Below are positions 1 to 14,700 of a DNA stretch of 64,000 bases, one piece after another. The notes under the pieces are model-generated. The model was not told the origin of the DNA. It did no database searches and was given only the letters and a program-made list of their open reading frames with translations. The stretch is from the human T2T-CHM13v2.0 reference genome, Homo sapiens: NCBI RefSeq assembly GCF_009914755.1, contig NC_060928.1; one strand, given 5' to 3'. The position numbers were made by a program, and so were the translations under genes. Positions within the stretch are counted from its first letter, which is position 1, and every line of letters starts with the position of its first letter.

Positions 1-163
1 GGAAACGGGTTATCTTCATATTAAATCTAGACAGAAGCATTCTCAGAAACTTCTTTGTGCTGTATGTCCTCAATTCACAGAGTTGAACCTTTGTTTGGAT
101 ATAGCATTTGGGAAACATTCCTTTAGTAGAATCTGCAAGTTGATATTTAGATAGCTTTGAAGA

Positions 164-180
164 TTTCGTTGGAAACGGGA
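164..180 (+). promoter_or_regulatory. CENP-B box (representative copy; 8 intact boxes per canonical 15-mer)
   Basis: TTTCGTTGGAAACGGGA matches the core nTTCGnnnnAnnCGGGn. Of 9 B-type monomers per unit, one is constitutively broken (ATTCGTTGGAAAGGGGA). Confidence 0.95.
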
Positions 181-332
181 ATATCTTCATAAAAAATCTA
201 GACGGAAGCATTGTCAGAAACTGCTTTGTGATGTTTGCATTCAAGTCACAGAGTTAAATATTCTTTTACAGAGCAGGTTTGAAACACTCTTTCTGCACTC
301 CCTGGAAGTGGAGATTTCGAGCGCTTTGAGGC

Positions 333-349
333 CTATGGTGAAAAAGGAA
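333..349 (+). promoter_or_regulatory. pJalpha / A-box motif of A-type monomers (representative copy)
   Basis: CTATGGTGAAAAAGGAA occupies the position equivalent to the CENP-B box; 6 A-type monomers per 15-mer, two of them with the variant CTATGGGGAGAAAGGAA. Confidence 0.8.
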
Positions 350-2769
350 ATATCTTCCCATAAAAACTAGACGGAAGCCTTCTCAGAAACTTGTTTGAGA
401 TGTGTGTATTCAACTAAGAGAGTTGAACATTTCTTTTTACAGAGCAGTTTTAAAACACTCTTTTTGTGGAATCTGAAAGTGGATAATTGGATAGCTTTGT
501 GGATTTCGTTGGAAACGGGATGACGTATAAAATCTAGAGAGAAGCATTCTCAGAAACTTCTTTCTGATGTTTGCATTCAAGTCACAGAATTGAACATTCC
601 TTTTCATAGTGCAGGTTTGAAACACTCTTTCTGTACTATCTGGAAGTGGACATTTCAAGCGCTTTCAGGCCTATGGGGAGAAAGGAAATATCTTGAAATA
701 AAAACTAGACAGAAGGATTCTCAGAAACTTATTGGTGATGTGTGTCCTAAACGAACACATTTGAACCTTTGTTTTGATACAGCATTTTGGAAACACTCCC
801 TTTGTAGAATCTGCAGGTGGATATTTGGATAGATTTTAAGATTTCGTTGGAAACGGGAATTTCTTCATATAAACTCAAGACAGATGCAATCTCAGAAACT
901 TCTCTGTGATGTTTGCATTCCACTCATAGAGTTGAAAACTTCCTTTCATAGAGCAGGTTTGAAACACTCTTTTTGTAATATTTGGAAGTGGACATTGGCA
1001 GCGCTTTGAGGCCTAAGGTGAAAAAGGAAATATCTTCTCATAAAAACCAGAAACAAGCATTCTCAGAAACTTCTTTTTGATGTGTGTACTCAAGTAACAG
1101 AGTTGAACCTTCCTTTTGACACAGCAGTTTTGAAACAATCTTTTTGTATAATCTGCAAGTGGATACTTGGATAGCTTTGAGGATTTCGTTGGAAACGGGA
1201 TATCTTCATATAAAATCTAGACAGAAGCATTCTCAGAAACTTCTTTGTGCTGTATGTCCTCAATTAACAGAGTTGAACCATTGCTTGCATACAGCATTTT
1301 GGAAACCTTCCTTTAGTAGAATCTGCAAGTTGATATTTAGATAGATTTGAAGATTTCGTTGGAAACGGGAATATCTTCATATAAAATCTAGACGGAGGCA
1401 TTCTCAGAAACTGCTTTGTGATGTTTCCATTCAAGTCACAGAGTTGAATATTCTCTTTTATAGAGCACGTTTGAAACACACTTTCTGCACTATCTGGAAG
1501 TGGACATTTCGAGCGCTGTGAGGCCTATGGTGAAAAAGGAAATATCTTCCCATAAAAACTAGACAGAAGCATTCTCAGAAACTTGTTTATGATGTGTGTA
1601 TTCAACTAACAGACTTGAACTTTTGTTTTTACAGAGCAGTTTTAAGACAATCTTTTTGTGGAATCAGAAAGTGGATATTCGGATGGCTTTGAGGACTTCG
1701 TTGGAAGCGGGATTACATATAAAATCTAGAGAGAAGCATTCTCAGGAAGTACTTTGTGATGTTTGCATTGAAGTCACAGAATTGAACATTCACTTTGATA
1801 GAACAGGTTTGAGACACTCATTCTGTAGTATCTGGAAGCGGACAATTCAAGCGCTTTCAGGTCTATGGGGAGAAAGGAAATATCTTCAAATAAAAACTAG
1901 AGAGAAGCATCCTCAGAAACTTATTTGTGATGTGTGTCCTCAACTAACAGAGTTGAAACTTTGTTTTGATACAGCATTTTGGAAACACTCTTTTTGTAGA
2001 ATCTGCAGGTGGATATTTGGATAGCTTAGAGGGATTCGTTGGAAAGGGGATATCTTCATATAAAATCTAGACAGAAGCATTCTCAGAAACTTATTTGAGA
2101 TGTGTGTCCTCAACTAACAGAGTTGAACCTTGGTTTTGATACAGCATTTTGGAAACACTCCTTTTGTAGAATCTGCAGGTGGATATGTGGATAGCTTTGA
2201 AGATTTCGTTGGAAACGGGAATTTCTTCATATAAAATCAAACAGAAGCATTCTCAGAAACTTCTCTGTGATGTTTGCATTCAGCTCATGGAGTTGAACAC
2301 TTCCTTTCATAGAGCAGGTTTGAAACACTCTATCTGCACTACCAGGAAGTGGACATTTCGAGCGCTTTGAGGCCTATGGTGAAAAAGGAAATATCTTCTC
2401 ATAAAAACCAGAAAGAAGCGTTCTCAGAAACTTCTTTGTGTTATGTGTACTCATGTAACAGTGTTGAAGCATCCTTTTGACAGAGCAGTTTTGAAACACT
2501 CTTTTTGTAGAATCTGCAAGTGGATATTTGGATAGCTTTGAGGATTTCGTTGGAAACGGGTTATCTTCATATTAAATCTAGACAGAAGCATTCTCAGAAA
2601 CTTCTTTGTGCTGTATGTCCTCAATTCACAGAGTTGAACGTTTGTTTGGATACAGCATTTTGGAAACATTCCTTTAGTAGAATCTGCAAGTTGATATTTA
2701 GATAGCTTTGAAGATTTCGTTGGAAACGGGAATATCTTCATAAAAAATCTAGACGGAAGCATTGTCAGA

Positions 2770-5700
2770 AACTTCTTTGTGCTGTATGTCCTCAATTAAC
2801 AGAGTTGAACCATTGCTTGCATACAGCATTTTGGAAACATTCCTTTAGTAGAATCTGCAAGTTGATATTTAGATAGATTTGAAGATTTCGTTGGAAACGG
2901 GAATATCTTCATATAAAATCTAGACGGAGGCATTCTCAGAAACTGCTTTGTGATGTTTCCATTCAAGTCACAGAGTTGAATATTCTCTTTTATAGAGCAC
3001 GTTTGAAACACTCTTTCTGCACTATCTGGAAGTGGACATTTCGAGCGCTTTGAGGCCTATGGTGAAAAAGGAAATATCTTCCCATAAAAACTAGACAGAA
3101 ACATTCTCAGAAACTTGTTTGTGATGTGTGTATTCAACTAACGGACTTGAACTTTTGTTTTTACAGAGCAGTTTTAAGACAATCTTTTTGTGGAATCAGA
3201 AAGTGGATATTCGGATGGCTTTGAGGATTTCGTTGGAAGCGGGATTACGTATAAAATCTAGAGAGAAGCATTCTCAGGAACTACTTTGTGATGTTTGCAT
3301 TGAAGTCACAGAATTGAACATTCACTTTGATAGAGCAGGTTTGAAACACTCATTCTGTAGTATCTGAAAGTGTACATTTCAAGCGCTTTCAGGCCTATGG
3401 GGAGAAAGGAAATATCTTCAAATAAAAACTAGACAGAAGCATCCTCAGAAACTTATTTGTGATGTGTGTCCTCAACTAACAGAGTTGAAACTTTGTTTTG
3501 ATACAGCATTTTGGAAACACACTTTTTGTAGAATCTGCAGGTGGATATTTGGATAGCTTAGAGGGATTCGTTGGAAAGGGGATATCTTCATATAAAATCT
3601 AGACAGAAGCATTCTCAGAAACTTATTTGTGATGTGTGTCCTCAACTAACAGAGTTTAACCTTGGTTTTGATACAGCATTTTGGAAACACTCCTTTTGTA
3701 GAATCTGCAGGTGGATATGTGGATAGCTTTGAAGATTTCGTTGGAAACGGGAATTTCTTCATATAAAATCAAACAGAAGCATTCTCAGAAACTTCTCTGT
3801 GATGTTTGCATTCAGCTCATGGAGTTGAACACTTCCTTTCATAGAGCAGGTTTGAAACACTCTTTCTGCACTACCAGGAAGTGGACATTTCGAGCGCTTT
3901 GAGGCCTATGGTGAAAAAGGAAATATCTTCTCATAAAAACCAGAAAGAAGCGTTCTCAGAAACTTCTTTGTGTTGTGTGTACTCATGTAACAGTGTTGAA
4001 CCATCCTTTTGACAGAGCAGTTTTGAAACACTCTTTTTGTAGAATCTGCAAGTGGATATTTGGATAGCTTTGAGTATTTCGTTGGAAACGGGTTATCTTC
4101 ATATTAAATCTAGACAGAAGCATTCTCAGAAACTTCTTTGTGCTGTATGTCCTCAATTCACAGAGTTGAACCTTTGTTTGGATACAGCATTTTGGAAACA
4201 GTCCTTTAGTAGAATCTGCAAGTTGATATTTAGATAGCTTTGAAGATTTCGTTGGAAACGGGAATATCTTCATAAAAAATCTAGACGGAAGCATTGTCAG
4301 AAAGTGCTTTGTGATGTTTGCATTCAAGTCACAGAGTTAAATATTCTTTTATAGAGCACGTTTGAAACACTCTTTCTGCACTCCCTGGAAGTGGAGATAT
4401 CGAGCGCTTTGAGGCCTATGGTGAAAAAGGAAATATCTTCCCATAAAAACTAGACGGAAGCCTTCTCAGAAACTTGTTTGAGATGTGTGTATTCAACTAA
4501 GAGCGTTGAACATTTCTTTTTACAGAGCAGTTTTAAAACACTCTTTTTGTGGAATCTGAAAGTGGATAATTGGATAGCTTTGTGGATTTCGTTGGAAACG
4601 GGATGACGTATAAAATCTAGAGAGAAGCATTCTCAGGAACTTCTTTCTGATGTTTGCATTCAAGTCACAGAATTGAACATTCCTTTTCATAGTGCAGGTT
4701 TGAAACACTCTTTCTGTAGTATCTGGAAGTGGACATTTCAAGCGCTTTCAGGCCTATGGGGAGAAAGGAAATATCTTCAAATAAAAACTAGACAGAAGGA
4801 TTCTCAGAAACTTATTGGTGATGTGTGTCCTAAACGAACACAGTTGAACCTTTGTTTTGATACAGCATTTTGGAAACACTCCCTTTGTAGAATCTGCAGG
4901 TGGATATTTGGATAGCTTTTAAGATTTCGTTGGAAACGGGAATTTCTTTATATAAACTCAAGACAGATGCATTCTCCGAAACTTCTCTGTGATGTTTGCA
5001 TTCCACTCATAGAGTTGAAAACTTCCTTTCATAGAGCAGGTTTGAAACACTCTTTTTGTAATATTTGGAAGTGGACATTTGCAGCGCTTTGAGGCCTATG
5101 GTGAAAAAGGAAATATCTTCTCATAAAAACCAGAAACAAGCATTCTCAGAAACTTCTTTTTGATGTGTGTACTCAAGTAACAGAGTTGAACCTTCCTTTT
5201 GACACAGCAGTTTTGAAACAATCTTTTTGTAGAATCTGCAAGTGGATATTTGGATAGCTTTGAGGATTTCGTTGGAAACGGGATATCTTCATATAAAATC
5301 TAGACAGAAGCATTCTCAGAAACTTCTTTGTGCTGTATGTCCTCAATTAACAGAGTTGAACCATTGCTTGGATACAGCATTTTGGAAACATTCCTTTAGT
5401 AGAATCTGCAAGTTGATATTTAGACAGATTTGAAGATTTCGTTGGAAACGGGAATATCTTCATATAAAATCTAGACGGAGGCATTCTCAGAAACTGCTTT
5501 GTGATGTTTCCATTCAAGTCACAGAGTTGAATATTCTCTTCTATAGAGCACGTTTGAAACACTCTTTCTGCACTATCTGGAAGTGGACATTTCGAGCGCT
5601 TTGAGGCCTATGGTGAAAAAGGAAATATCTTCCCATAAAAACTAGACAGAAACATTCTCAGAAACTTGTTTGTGATGTGTGTATTCAACTAACGGACTTG

Positions 5701-8700
5701 AACTTTTGTTTTTACAGAGCAGATTTAAGACAATCTTTTTGTGGAATCAGAAAGTGGATATTCGGATGGCTTTGAGGATTTCGTTGGAAGCGGGATTACA
5801 TATAAAATCTAGAGAGAAGCATTCTCAGGAACTACTTTGTGATGTTTGCATTGAAGTCACAGAATTGAACATTCACTTTGATAGAGCAGGTTTGAAACAC
5901 TCATTCTGTAGTATCTGGAAGTGTACATTTCAAGCGCTTTCAGGCCTATGGGGAGAAAGGAAATATCTTCAAATAAAAACTAGACAGAAGCATCCTCAGA
6001 AACTTATTTGTGATGTGTGTCCTCAACTGACAGAGTTGAAACTTTGTTTTGATACAGCATTTTGGAAACACACTTTTTGTAGAATCTGCAGGTGGATATT
6101 TGGATAGCTTAGAGGGATTCGTTGGAAAGGGGATATCTTCATATAAAATCTAGACAGAAGCATTCTCAGAAACTTATTTGTGATGTGTGTCCTCAACTAA
6201 CAGAGTTTAACCTTGGTTTTGATACAGCATTTTGGAAACACTCCTTTTGTAGAATCTGCAGGTGGATATGTGGATAGCTTTGAAGATTTCGTTGGAAACG
6301 GGAATTTCTTCATATAAAATCAAACAGAAGCATTCTCAGAAACTTCTCTGTGATGTTTGCATTCAGCTCATGGAGTTGAACACTTCCTTTCATAGAGCAG
6401 GTTTGAAACACTCTTTCTGCACTACCAGGAAGTGGACATTTCGAGCGCTTTGAGGCCTATGGTGAAAAAGGAAATATCTTCTCATAAAAACCAGAAAGAA
6501 GCGTTCTCAGAAACTTCTTTGTGTTGTGTGTACTCATGTAACAGTGTTGAACCATCCTTTTGACAGAGCAGTTTTGAAACACTCTTTTTGTAGAATCTGC
6601 AAGTGGATATTTGGATAGCTTTGAGTATTTCGTTGGAAACGGGTTATCTTCATATTAAATCTAGACAGAAGCATTCTCAGAAACTTCTTTGTGCTGTATG
6701 TCCTCAATTCACAGAGTTGAACCTTTGTTTGGATACAGCATTTTGGAAACAGTCCTTTAGTAGAATCTGCAAGTTGATATTTAGATAGCTTTGAAGATTT
6801 CGTTGGAAACGGGAATATCTTCATAAAAAATCTAGACGGAAGCATTGTCAGAAAGTGCTTTGTGATGTTTGCATTCAAGTCACAGAGTTAAATATTCTTT
6901 TATAGAGCACGTTTGAAACACTCTTTCTGCACTCCCTGGAAGTGGAGATATCGAGCGCTTTGAGGCCTATGGTGAAAAAGGAAATATCTTCCCATAAAAA
7001 CTAGACGGAAGCCTTCTCAGAAACTTGTTTGAGATGTGTGTATTCAACTAAGAGCGTTGAACATTTCTTTTTACAGAGCAGTTTTAAAACACTCTTTTTG
7101 TGGAATCTGAAAGTGGATAATTGGATAGCTTTGTGGATTTCGTTGGAAACGGGATGACGTATAAAATCTAGAGAGAAGCATTCTCAGGAACTTCTTTCTG
7201 ATGTTTGCATTCAAGTCACAGAATTGAACATTCCTTTTCATAGTGCAGGTTTGAAACACTCTTTCTGTAGTATCTGGAAGTGGACATTTCAAGCGCTTTC
7301 AGGCCTATGGGGAGAAAGGAAATATCTTCAAATAAAAACTAGACAGAAGGATTCTCAGAAACTTATTGGTGATGTGTGTCCTAAACGAACACAGTTGAAC
7401 CTTTGTTTTGATACAGCATTTTGGAAACACTCCCTTTGTAGAATCTGCAGGTGGATATTTGGATAGCTTTTAAGATTTCGTTGGAAACGGGAATTTCTTT
7501 ATATAAACTCAAGACAGATGCATTCTCCGAAACTTCTCTGTGATGTTTGCATTCCACTCATAGAGTTGAAAACTTCCTTTCATAGAGCAGGTTTGAAACA
7601 CTCTTTTTGTAATATTTGGAAGTGGACATTTGCAGCGCTTTGAGGCCTATGGTGAAAAAGGAAATATCTTCTCATAAAAACCAGAAACAAGCATTCTCAG
7701 AAACTTCTTTTTGATGTGTGTACTCAAGTAACAGAGTTGAACCTTCCTTTTGACACAGCAGTTTTGAAACAATCTTTTTGTAGAATCTGCAAGTGGATAT
7801 TTGGATAGCTTTGAGGATTTCGTTGGAAACGGGATATCTTCATATAAAATCTAGACAGAAGCATTCTCAGAAACTTCTTTGTGCTGTATGTCCTCAATTA
7901 ACAGAGTTGAACCATTGCTTGGATACAGCATTTTGGAAACATTCCTTTAGTAGAATCTGCAAGTTGATATTTAGACAGATTTGAAGATTTCGTTGGAAAC
8001 GGGAATATCTTCATATAAAATCTAGACGGAGGCATTCTCAGAAACTGCTTTGTGATGTTTCCATTCAAGTCACAGAGTTGAATATTCTCTTCTATAGAGC
8101 ACGTTTGAAACACTCTTTCTGCACTATCTGGAAGTGGACATTTCGAGCGCTTTGAGGCCTATGGTGAAAAAGGAAATATCTTCCCATAAAAACTAGACAG
8201 AAACATTCTCAGAAACTTGTTTGTGATGTGTGTATTCAACTAACGGACTTGAACTTTTGTTTTTACAGAGCAGATTTAAGACAATCTTTTTGTGGAATCA
8301 GAAAGTGGATATTCGGATGGCTTTGAGGATTTCGTTGGAAGCGGGATTACATATAAAATCTAGAGAGAAGCATTCTCAGGAACTACTTTGTGATGTTTGC
8401 ATTGAAGTCACAGAATTGAACATTCACTTTGATAGAGCAGGTTTGAAACACTCATTCTGTAGTATCTGGAAGTGTACATTTCAAGCGCTTTCAGGCCTAT
8501 GGGGAGAAAGGAAATATCTACAAATAAAAACTAGACAGAAGCATCCTCAGAAACTTATTTGTGATGTGTGTCCTCAACTGACAGAGTTGAAACTTTGTTT
8601 TGATACAGCATTTTGGAAACACACTTTTTGTAGAATCTGCAGGTGGATATTTGGATAGCTTAGAGGGATTCGTTGGAAAGGGGATATCTTCATATAAAAT

Positions 8701-11700
8701 CTAGACAGAAGCATTCTCAGAAACTTATTTGTGATGTGTGTCCTCAACTAACAGAGTTTAACCTTGGTTTTGATACAGCATTTTGGAAACACTCCTTTTG
8801 TAGAATCTGCAGGTGGATATGTGGATAGCTTTGAAGATTTCGTTGGAAACGGGAATTTCTTCATATAAAATCAAACAGAAGCATTCTCAGAAACTTCTCT
8901 GTGATGTTTGCATTCAGCTCATGGAGTTGAACACTTCCTTTCATAGAGCAGGTTTGAAACACTCTTTCTGCACTACCAGGAAGTGGACATTTCGAGCGCT
9001 TTGAGGCCTATGGTGAAAAAGGAAATATCTTCTCATAAAAACCAGAAAGAAGCGTTCTCAGAAACTTCTTTGTGTTGTGTGTACTCATGTAACAGTGTTG
9101 AACCATCCTTTTGACAGAGCAGTTTTGAAACACTCTTTTTGTAGAATCTGCAAGTGGATATTTGGATAGCTTTGAGTATTTCGTTGGAAACGGGTTATCT
9201 TCATATTAAATCTAGACAGAAGCATTCTCAGAAACTTCTTTGTGCTGTATGTCCTCAATTCACAGAGTTGAACCTTTGTTTGGATACAGCATTTTGGAAA
9301 CAGTCCTTTAGTAGAATCTGCAAGTTGATATTTAGATAGCTTTGAAGATTTCGTTGGAAACGGGAATATCTTCATAAAAAATCTAGACGGAAGCATTGTC
9401 AGAAAGTGCTTTGTGATGTTTGCATTCAAGTCACAGAGTTAAATATTCTTTTATAGAGCACGTTTGAAACACTCTTTCTGCACTCCCTGGAAGTGGAGAT
9501 ATCGAGCGCTTTGAGGCCTATGGTGAAAAAGGAAATATCTTCCCATAAAAACTAGACGGAAGCCTTCTCAGAAACTTGTTTGAGATGTGTGTATTCAACT
9601 AAGAGCGTTGAACATTTCTTTTTACAGAGCAGTTTTAAAACACTCTTTTTGTGGAATCTGAAAGTGGATAATTGGATAGCTTTGTGGATTTCGTTGGAAA
9701 CGGGATGACGTATAAAATCTAGAGAGAAGCATTCTCAGGAACTTCTTTCTGATGTTTGCATTCAAGTCACAGAATTTAACATTCCTTTTCATAGTGCAGG
9801 TTTGAAACACTCTTTCTGTAGTATCTGGAAGTGGACATTTCAAGCGCTTTCAGGCCTATGGGGAGAAAGGAAATATCTTCAAATAAAAACTAGACAGAAG
9901 GATTCTCAGAAACTTATTGGTGATGTGTGTCCTAAACGAACACAGTTGAACCTTTGTTTTGATACAGCATTTTGGAAACACTCCCTTTGTAGAATCTGCA
10001 GGTGGATATTTGGATAGCTTTTAAGATTTCGTTGGAAACGGGAATTTCTTTATATAAACTCAAGACAGATGCATTCTCCGAAACTTCTCTGTGATGTTTG
10101 CATTCCACTCATAGAGTTGAAAACTTCCTTTCATAGAGCAGGTTTGAAACACTCTTTTTGTAATATTTGGAAGTGGACATTTGCAGCGCTTTGAGGCCTA
10201 TGGTGAAAAAGGAAATATCTTCTCATAAAAACCAGAAACAAGCATTCTCAGAAACTTCTTTTTGATGTGTGTACTCAAGTAACAGAGTTGAACCTTCCTT
10301 TTGACACAGCAGTTTTGAAACAATCTTTTTGTAGAATCTGCAAGTGGATATTTGGATAGCTTTGAGGATTTCGTTGGAAACGGGATATCTTCATATAAAA
10401 TCTAGACAGAAGCATTCTCAGAAACTTCTTTGTGCTGTATGTCCTCAATTAACAGAGTTGAACCATTGCTTGGATACAGCATTTTGGAAACATTCCTTTA
10501 GTAGAATCTGCAAGTTGATATTTAGACAGATTTGAAGATTTCGTTGGAAACGGGAATATCTTCATATAAAATCTAGACGGAGGCATTCTCAGAAACTGCT
10601 TTGTGATGTTTCCATTCAAGTCACAGAGTTGAATATTCTCTTCTATAGAGCACGTTTGAAACACTCTTTCTGCACTATCTGGAAGTGGACATTTCGAGCG
10701 CTTTGAGGCCTATGGTGAAAAAGGAAATATCTTCCCATAAAAACTAGACAGAAACATTCTCAGAAACTTGTTTGTGATGTGTGTATTCAACTAACGGACT
10801 TGAACTTTTGTTTTTACAGAGCAGATTTAAGACAATCTTTTTGTGGAATCAGAAAGTGGATATTCGGATGGCTTTGAGGATTTCGTTGGAAGCGGGATTA
10901 CATATAAAATCTAGAGAGAAGCATTCTCAGGAACTACTTTGTGATGTTTGCATTGAAGTCACAGAATTGAACATTCACTTTGATAGAGCAGGTTTGAAAC
11001 ACTCATTCTGTAGTATCTGGAAGTGTACATTTCAAGCGCTTTCAGGCCTATGGGGAGAAAGGAAATATCTACAAATAAAAACTAGACAGAAGCATCCTCA
11101 GAAACTTATTTGTGATGTGTGTCCTCAACTGACAGAGTTGAAACTTTGTTTTGATACAGCATTTTGGAAACACACTTTTTGTAGAATCTGCAGGTGGATA
11201 TTTGGATAGCTTAGAGGGATTCGTTGGAAAGGGGATATCTTCATATAAAATCTAGACAGAAGCATTCTCAGAAACTTATTTGTGATGTGTGTCCTCAACT
11301 AACAGAGTTTAACCTTGGTTTTGATACAGCATTTTGGAAACACTCCTTTTGTAGAATCTGCAGGTGGATATGTGGATAGCTTTGAAGATTTCGTTGGAAA
11401 CGGGAATTTCTTCATATAAAATCAAACAGAAGCATTCTCAGAAACTTCTCTGTGATGTTTGCATTCAGCTCATGGAGTTGAACACTTCCTTTCATAGAGC
11501 AGGTTTGAAACACTCTTTCTGCACTACCAGGAAGTGGACATTTCGAGCGCTTTGAGGCCTATGGTGAAAAAGGAAATATCTTCTCATAAAAACCAGAAAG
11601 AAGCGTTCTCAGAAACTTCTTTGTGTTGTGTGTACTCATGTAACAGTGTTGAACCATCCTTTTGACAGAGCAGTTTTGAAACACTCTTTTTGTAGAATCT

Positions 11701-14700
11701 GCAAGTGGATATTTGGATAGCTTTGAGTATTTCGTTGGAAACGGGTTATCTTCATATTAAATCTAGACAGAAGCATTTTCAGAAACTTCTTTGTGCTGTA
11801 TGTCCTCAATTCACAGAGTTGAACCTTTGTTTGGATACAGCATTTTGGAAACAGTCCTTTAGTAGAATCTGCAAGTTGATATTTAGATAGCTTTGAAGAT
11901 TTCGTTGGAAACGGGAATATCTTCATAAAAAATCTAGACGGAAGCATTGTCAGAAAGTGCTTTGTGATGTTTGCATTCAAGTCACAGAGTTAAATATTCT
12001 TTTATAGAGCACGTTTGAAACACTCTTTCTGCACTCCCTGGAAGTGGAGATATCGAGCGCTTTGAGGCCTATGGTGAAAAAGGAAATATCTTCCCATAAA
12101 AACTAGACGGAAGCCTTCTCAGAAACTTGTTTGAGATGTGTGTATTCAACTAAGAGCGTTGAACATTTCTTTTTACAGAGCAGTTTTAAAACACTCTTTT
12201 TGTGGAATCTGAAAGTGGATAATTGGATAGCTTTGTGGATTTCGTTGGAAACGGGATGACGTATAAAATCTAGAGAGAAGCATTCTCAGGAACTTCTTTC
12301 TGATGTTTGCATTCAAGTCACAGAATTTAACATTCCTTTTCATAGTGCAGGTTTGAAACACTCTTTCTGTAGTATCTGGAAGTGGACATTTCAAGTGCTT
12401 TCAGGCCTATGGGGAGAAAGGAAATATCTTCAAATAAAAACTAGACAGAAGGATTCTCAGAAACTTATTGGTGATGTGTGTCCTAAACGAACACAGTTGA
12501 ACCTTTGTTTTGATACAGCATTTTGGAAACACTCCCTTTGTAGAATCTGCAGGTGGATATTTGGATAGCTTTTAAGATTTCGTTGGAAACGGGAATTTCT
12601 TTATATAATCTCAAGACAGATGCATTCTCCGAAACTTCTCTGTGATGTTTGCATTCCACTCATAGAGTTGAAAACTTCCTTTCATAGAGCAGGTTTGAAA
12701 CACTCTTTTTGTAATATTTGGAAGTGGACATTTGCAGCGCTTTGAGGCCTATGGTGAAAAAGGAAATATCTTCTCATAAAAACCAGAAACAAGCATTCTC
12801 AGAAACTTCTTTTTGATGTGTGTACTCAAGTAACAGAGTTGAACCTTCCTTTTGACACAGCAGTTTTGAAACAATCTTTTTGTAGAATCTGCAAGTGGAT
12901 ATTTGGATAGCTTTGAGGATTTCGTTGGAAACGGGATATCTTCATATAAAATCTAGACAGAAGCATTCTCAGAAACTTCTTTGTGCTGTATGTCCTCAAT
13001 TAACAGAGTTGAACCATTGCTTGGATACAGCATTTTGGAAACATTCCTTTAGTAGAATCTGCAAGTTGATATTTAGACAGATTTGAAGATTTCGTTGGAA
13101 ACGGGAATATCTTCATATAAAATCTAGACGGAGGCATTCTCAGAAACTGCTTTGTGATGTTTCCATTCAAGTCACAGAGTTGAATATTCTCTTCTATAGA
13201 GCACGTTTGAAACACTCTTTCTGCACTATCTGGAAGTGGACATTTCGAGCGCTTTGAGGCCTATGGTGAAAAAGGAAATATCTTCCCATAAAAACTAGAC
13301 AGAAACATTCTCAGAAACTTGTTTGTGATGTGTGTATTCAACTAACGGACTTGAACTTTTGTTTTTACAGAGCAGATTTAAGACAATCTTTTTGTGGAAT
13401 CAGAAAGTGGATATTCGGATGGCTTTGAGGATTTCGTTGGAAGCGGGATTACATATAAAATCTAGAGAGAAGCATTCTCAGGAACTACTTTGTGATGTTT
13501 GCATTGAAGTCACAGAATTGAACATTCACTTTGATAGAGCAGGTTTGAAACACTCATTCTGTAGTATCTGGAAGTGTACATTTCAAGCGCTTTCAGGCCT
13601 ATGGGGAGAAAGGAAATATCTTCAAATAAAAACTAGACAGAAGCATCCTCAGAAACTTATTTGTGATGTGTGTCCTCAACTGACAGAGTTGAAACTTTGT
13701 TTTGATACAGCATTTTGGAAACACACTTTTTGTAGAATCTGCAGGTGGATATTTGGATAGCTTAGAGGGATTCGTTGGAAAGGGGATATCTTCATATAAA
13801 ATCTAGACAGAAGCATTCTCAGAAACTTATTTGTGATGTGTGTCCTCAACTAACAGAGTTTAACCTTGGTTTTGATACAGCATTTTGGAAACACTCCTTT
13901 TGTAGAATCTGCAGGTGGATATGTGGATAGCTTTGAAGATTTCGTTGGAAACGGGAATTTCTTCATATAAAATCAAACAGAAGCATTCTCAGAAACTTCT
14001 CTGTGATGTTTGCATTCAGCTCATGGAGTTGAACACTTCCTTTCATAGAGCAGGTTTGAAACACTCTTTCTGCACTACCAGGAAGTGGACATTTCGAGCG
14101 CTTTGAGGCCTATGGTGAAAAAGGAAATATCTTCTCATAAAAACCAGAAAGAAGCGTTCTCAGAAACTTCTTTGTGTTGTGTGTACTCATGTAACAGTGT
14201 TGAACCATCCTTTTGACAGAGCAGTTTTGAAACACTCTTTTTGTAGAATCTGCAAGTGGATATTTGGATAGCTTTGAGTATTTCGTTGGAAACGGGTTAT
14301 CTTCATATTAAATCTAGACAGAAGCATTCTCAGAAACTTCTTTGTGCTGTATGTCCTCAATTCACAGAGTTGAACCTTTGTTTGGATACAGCATTTTGGA
14401 AACAGTCCTTTAGTAGAATCTGCAAGTTGATATTTAGATAGCTTTGAAGATTTCGTTGGAAACGGGAATATCTTCATAAAAAATCTAGACGGAAGCATTG
14501 TCAGAAAGTGCTTTGTGATGTTTGCATTCAAGTCACAGAGTTAAATATTCTTTTATAGAGCACGTTTGAAACACTCTTTCTGCACTCCCTGGAAGTGGAG
14601 ATATCGAGCGCTTTGAGGCCTATGGTGAAAAAGGAAATATCTTCCCATAAAAACTAGACGGAAGCCTTCTCAGAAACTTGTTTGAGATGTGTGTATTCAA

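Noticed and set aside
4460-7010. Assignment to SF3 pentameric arrays (chr1/11/17/X) or to other 15-mer arrays such as chr8 or chr15
   Set aside because: The monomer order is dimeric A/B with a 7-mer substructure rather than pentameric, and the 19-mer parent fits D4Z1 better. Not formally excluded without alignment.
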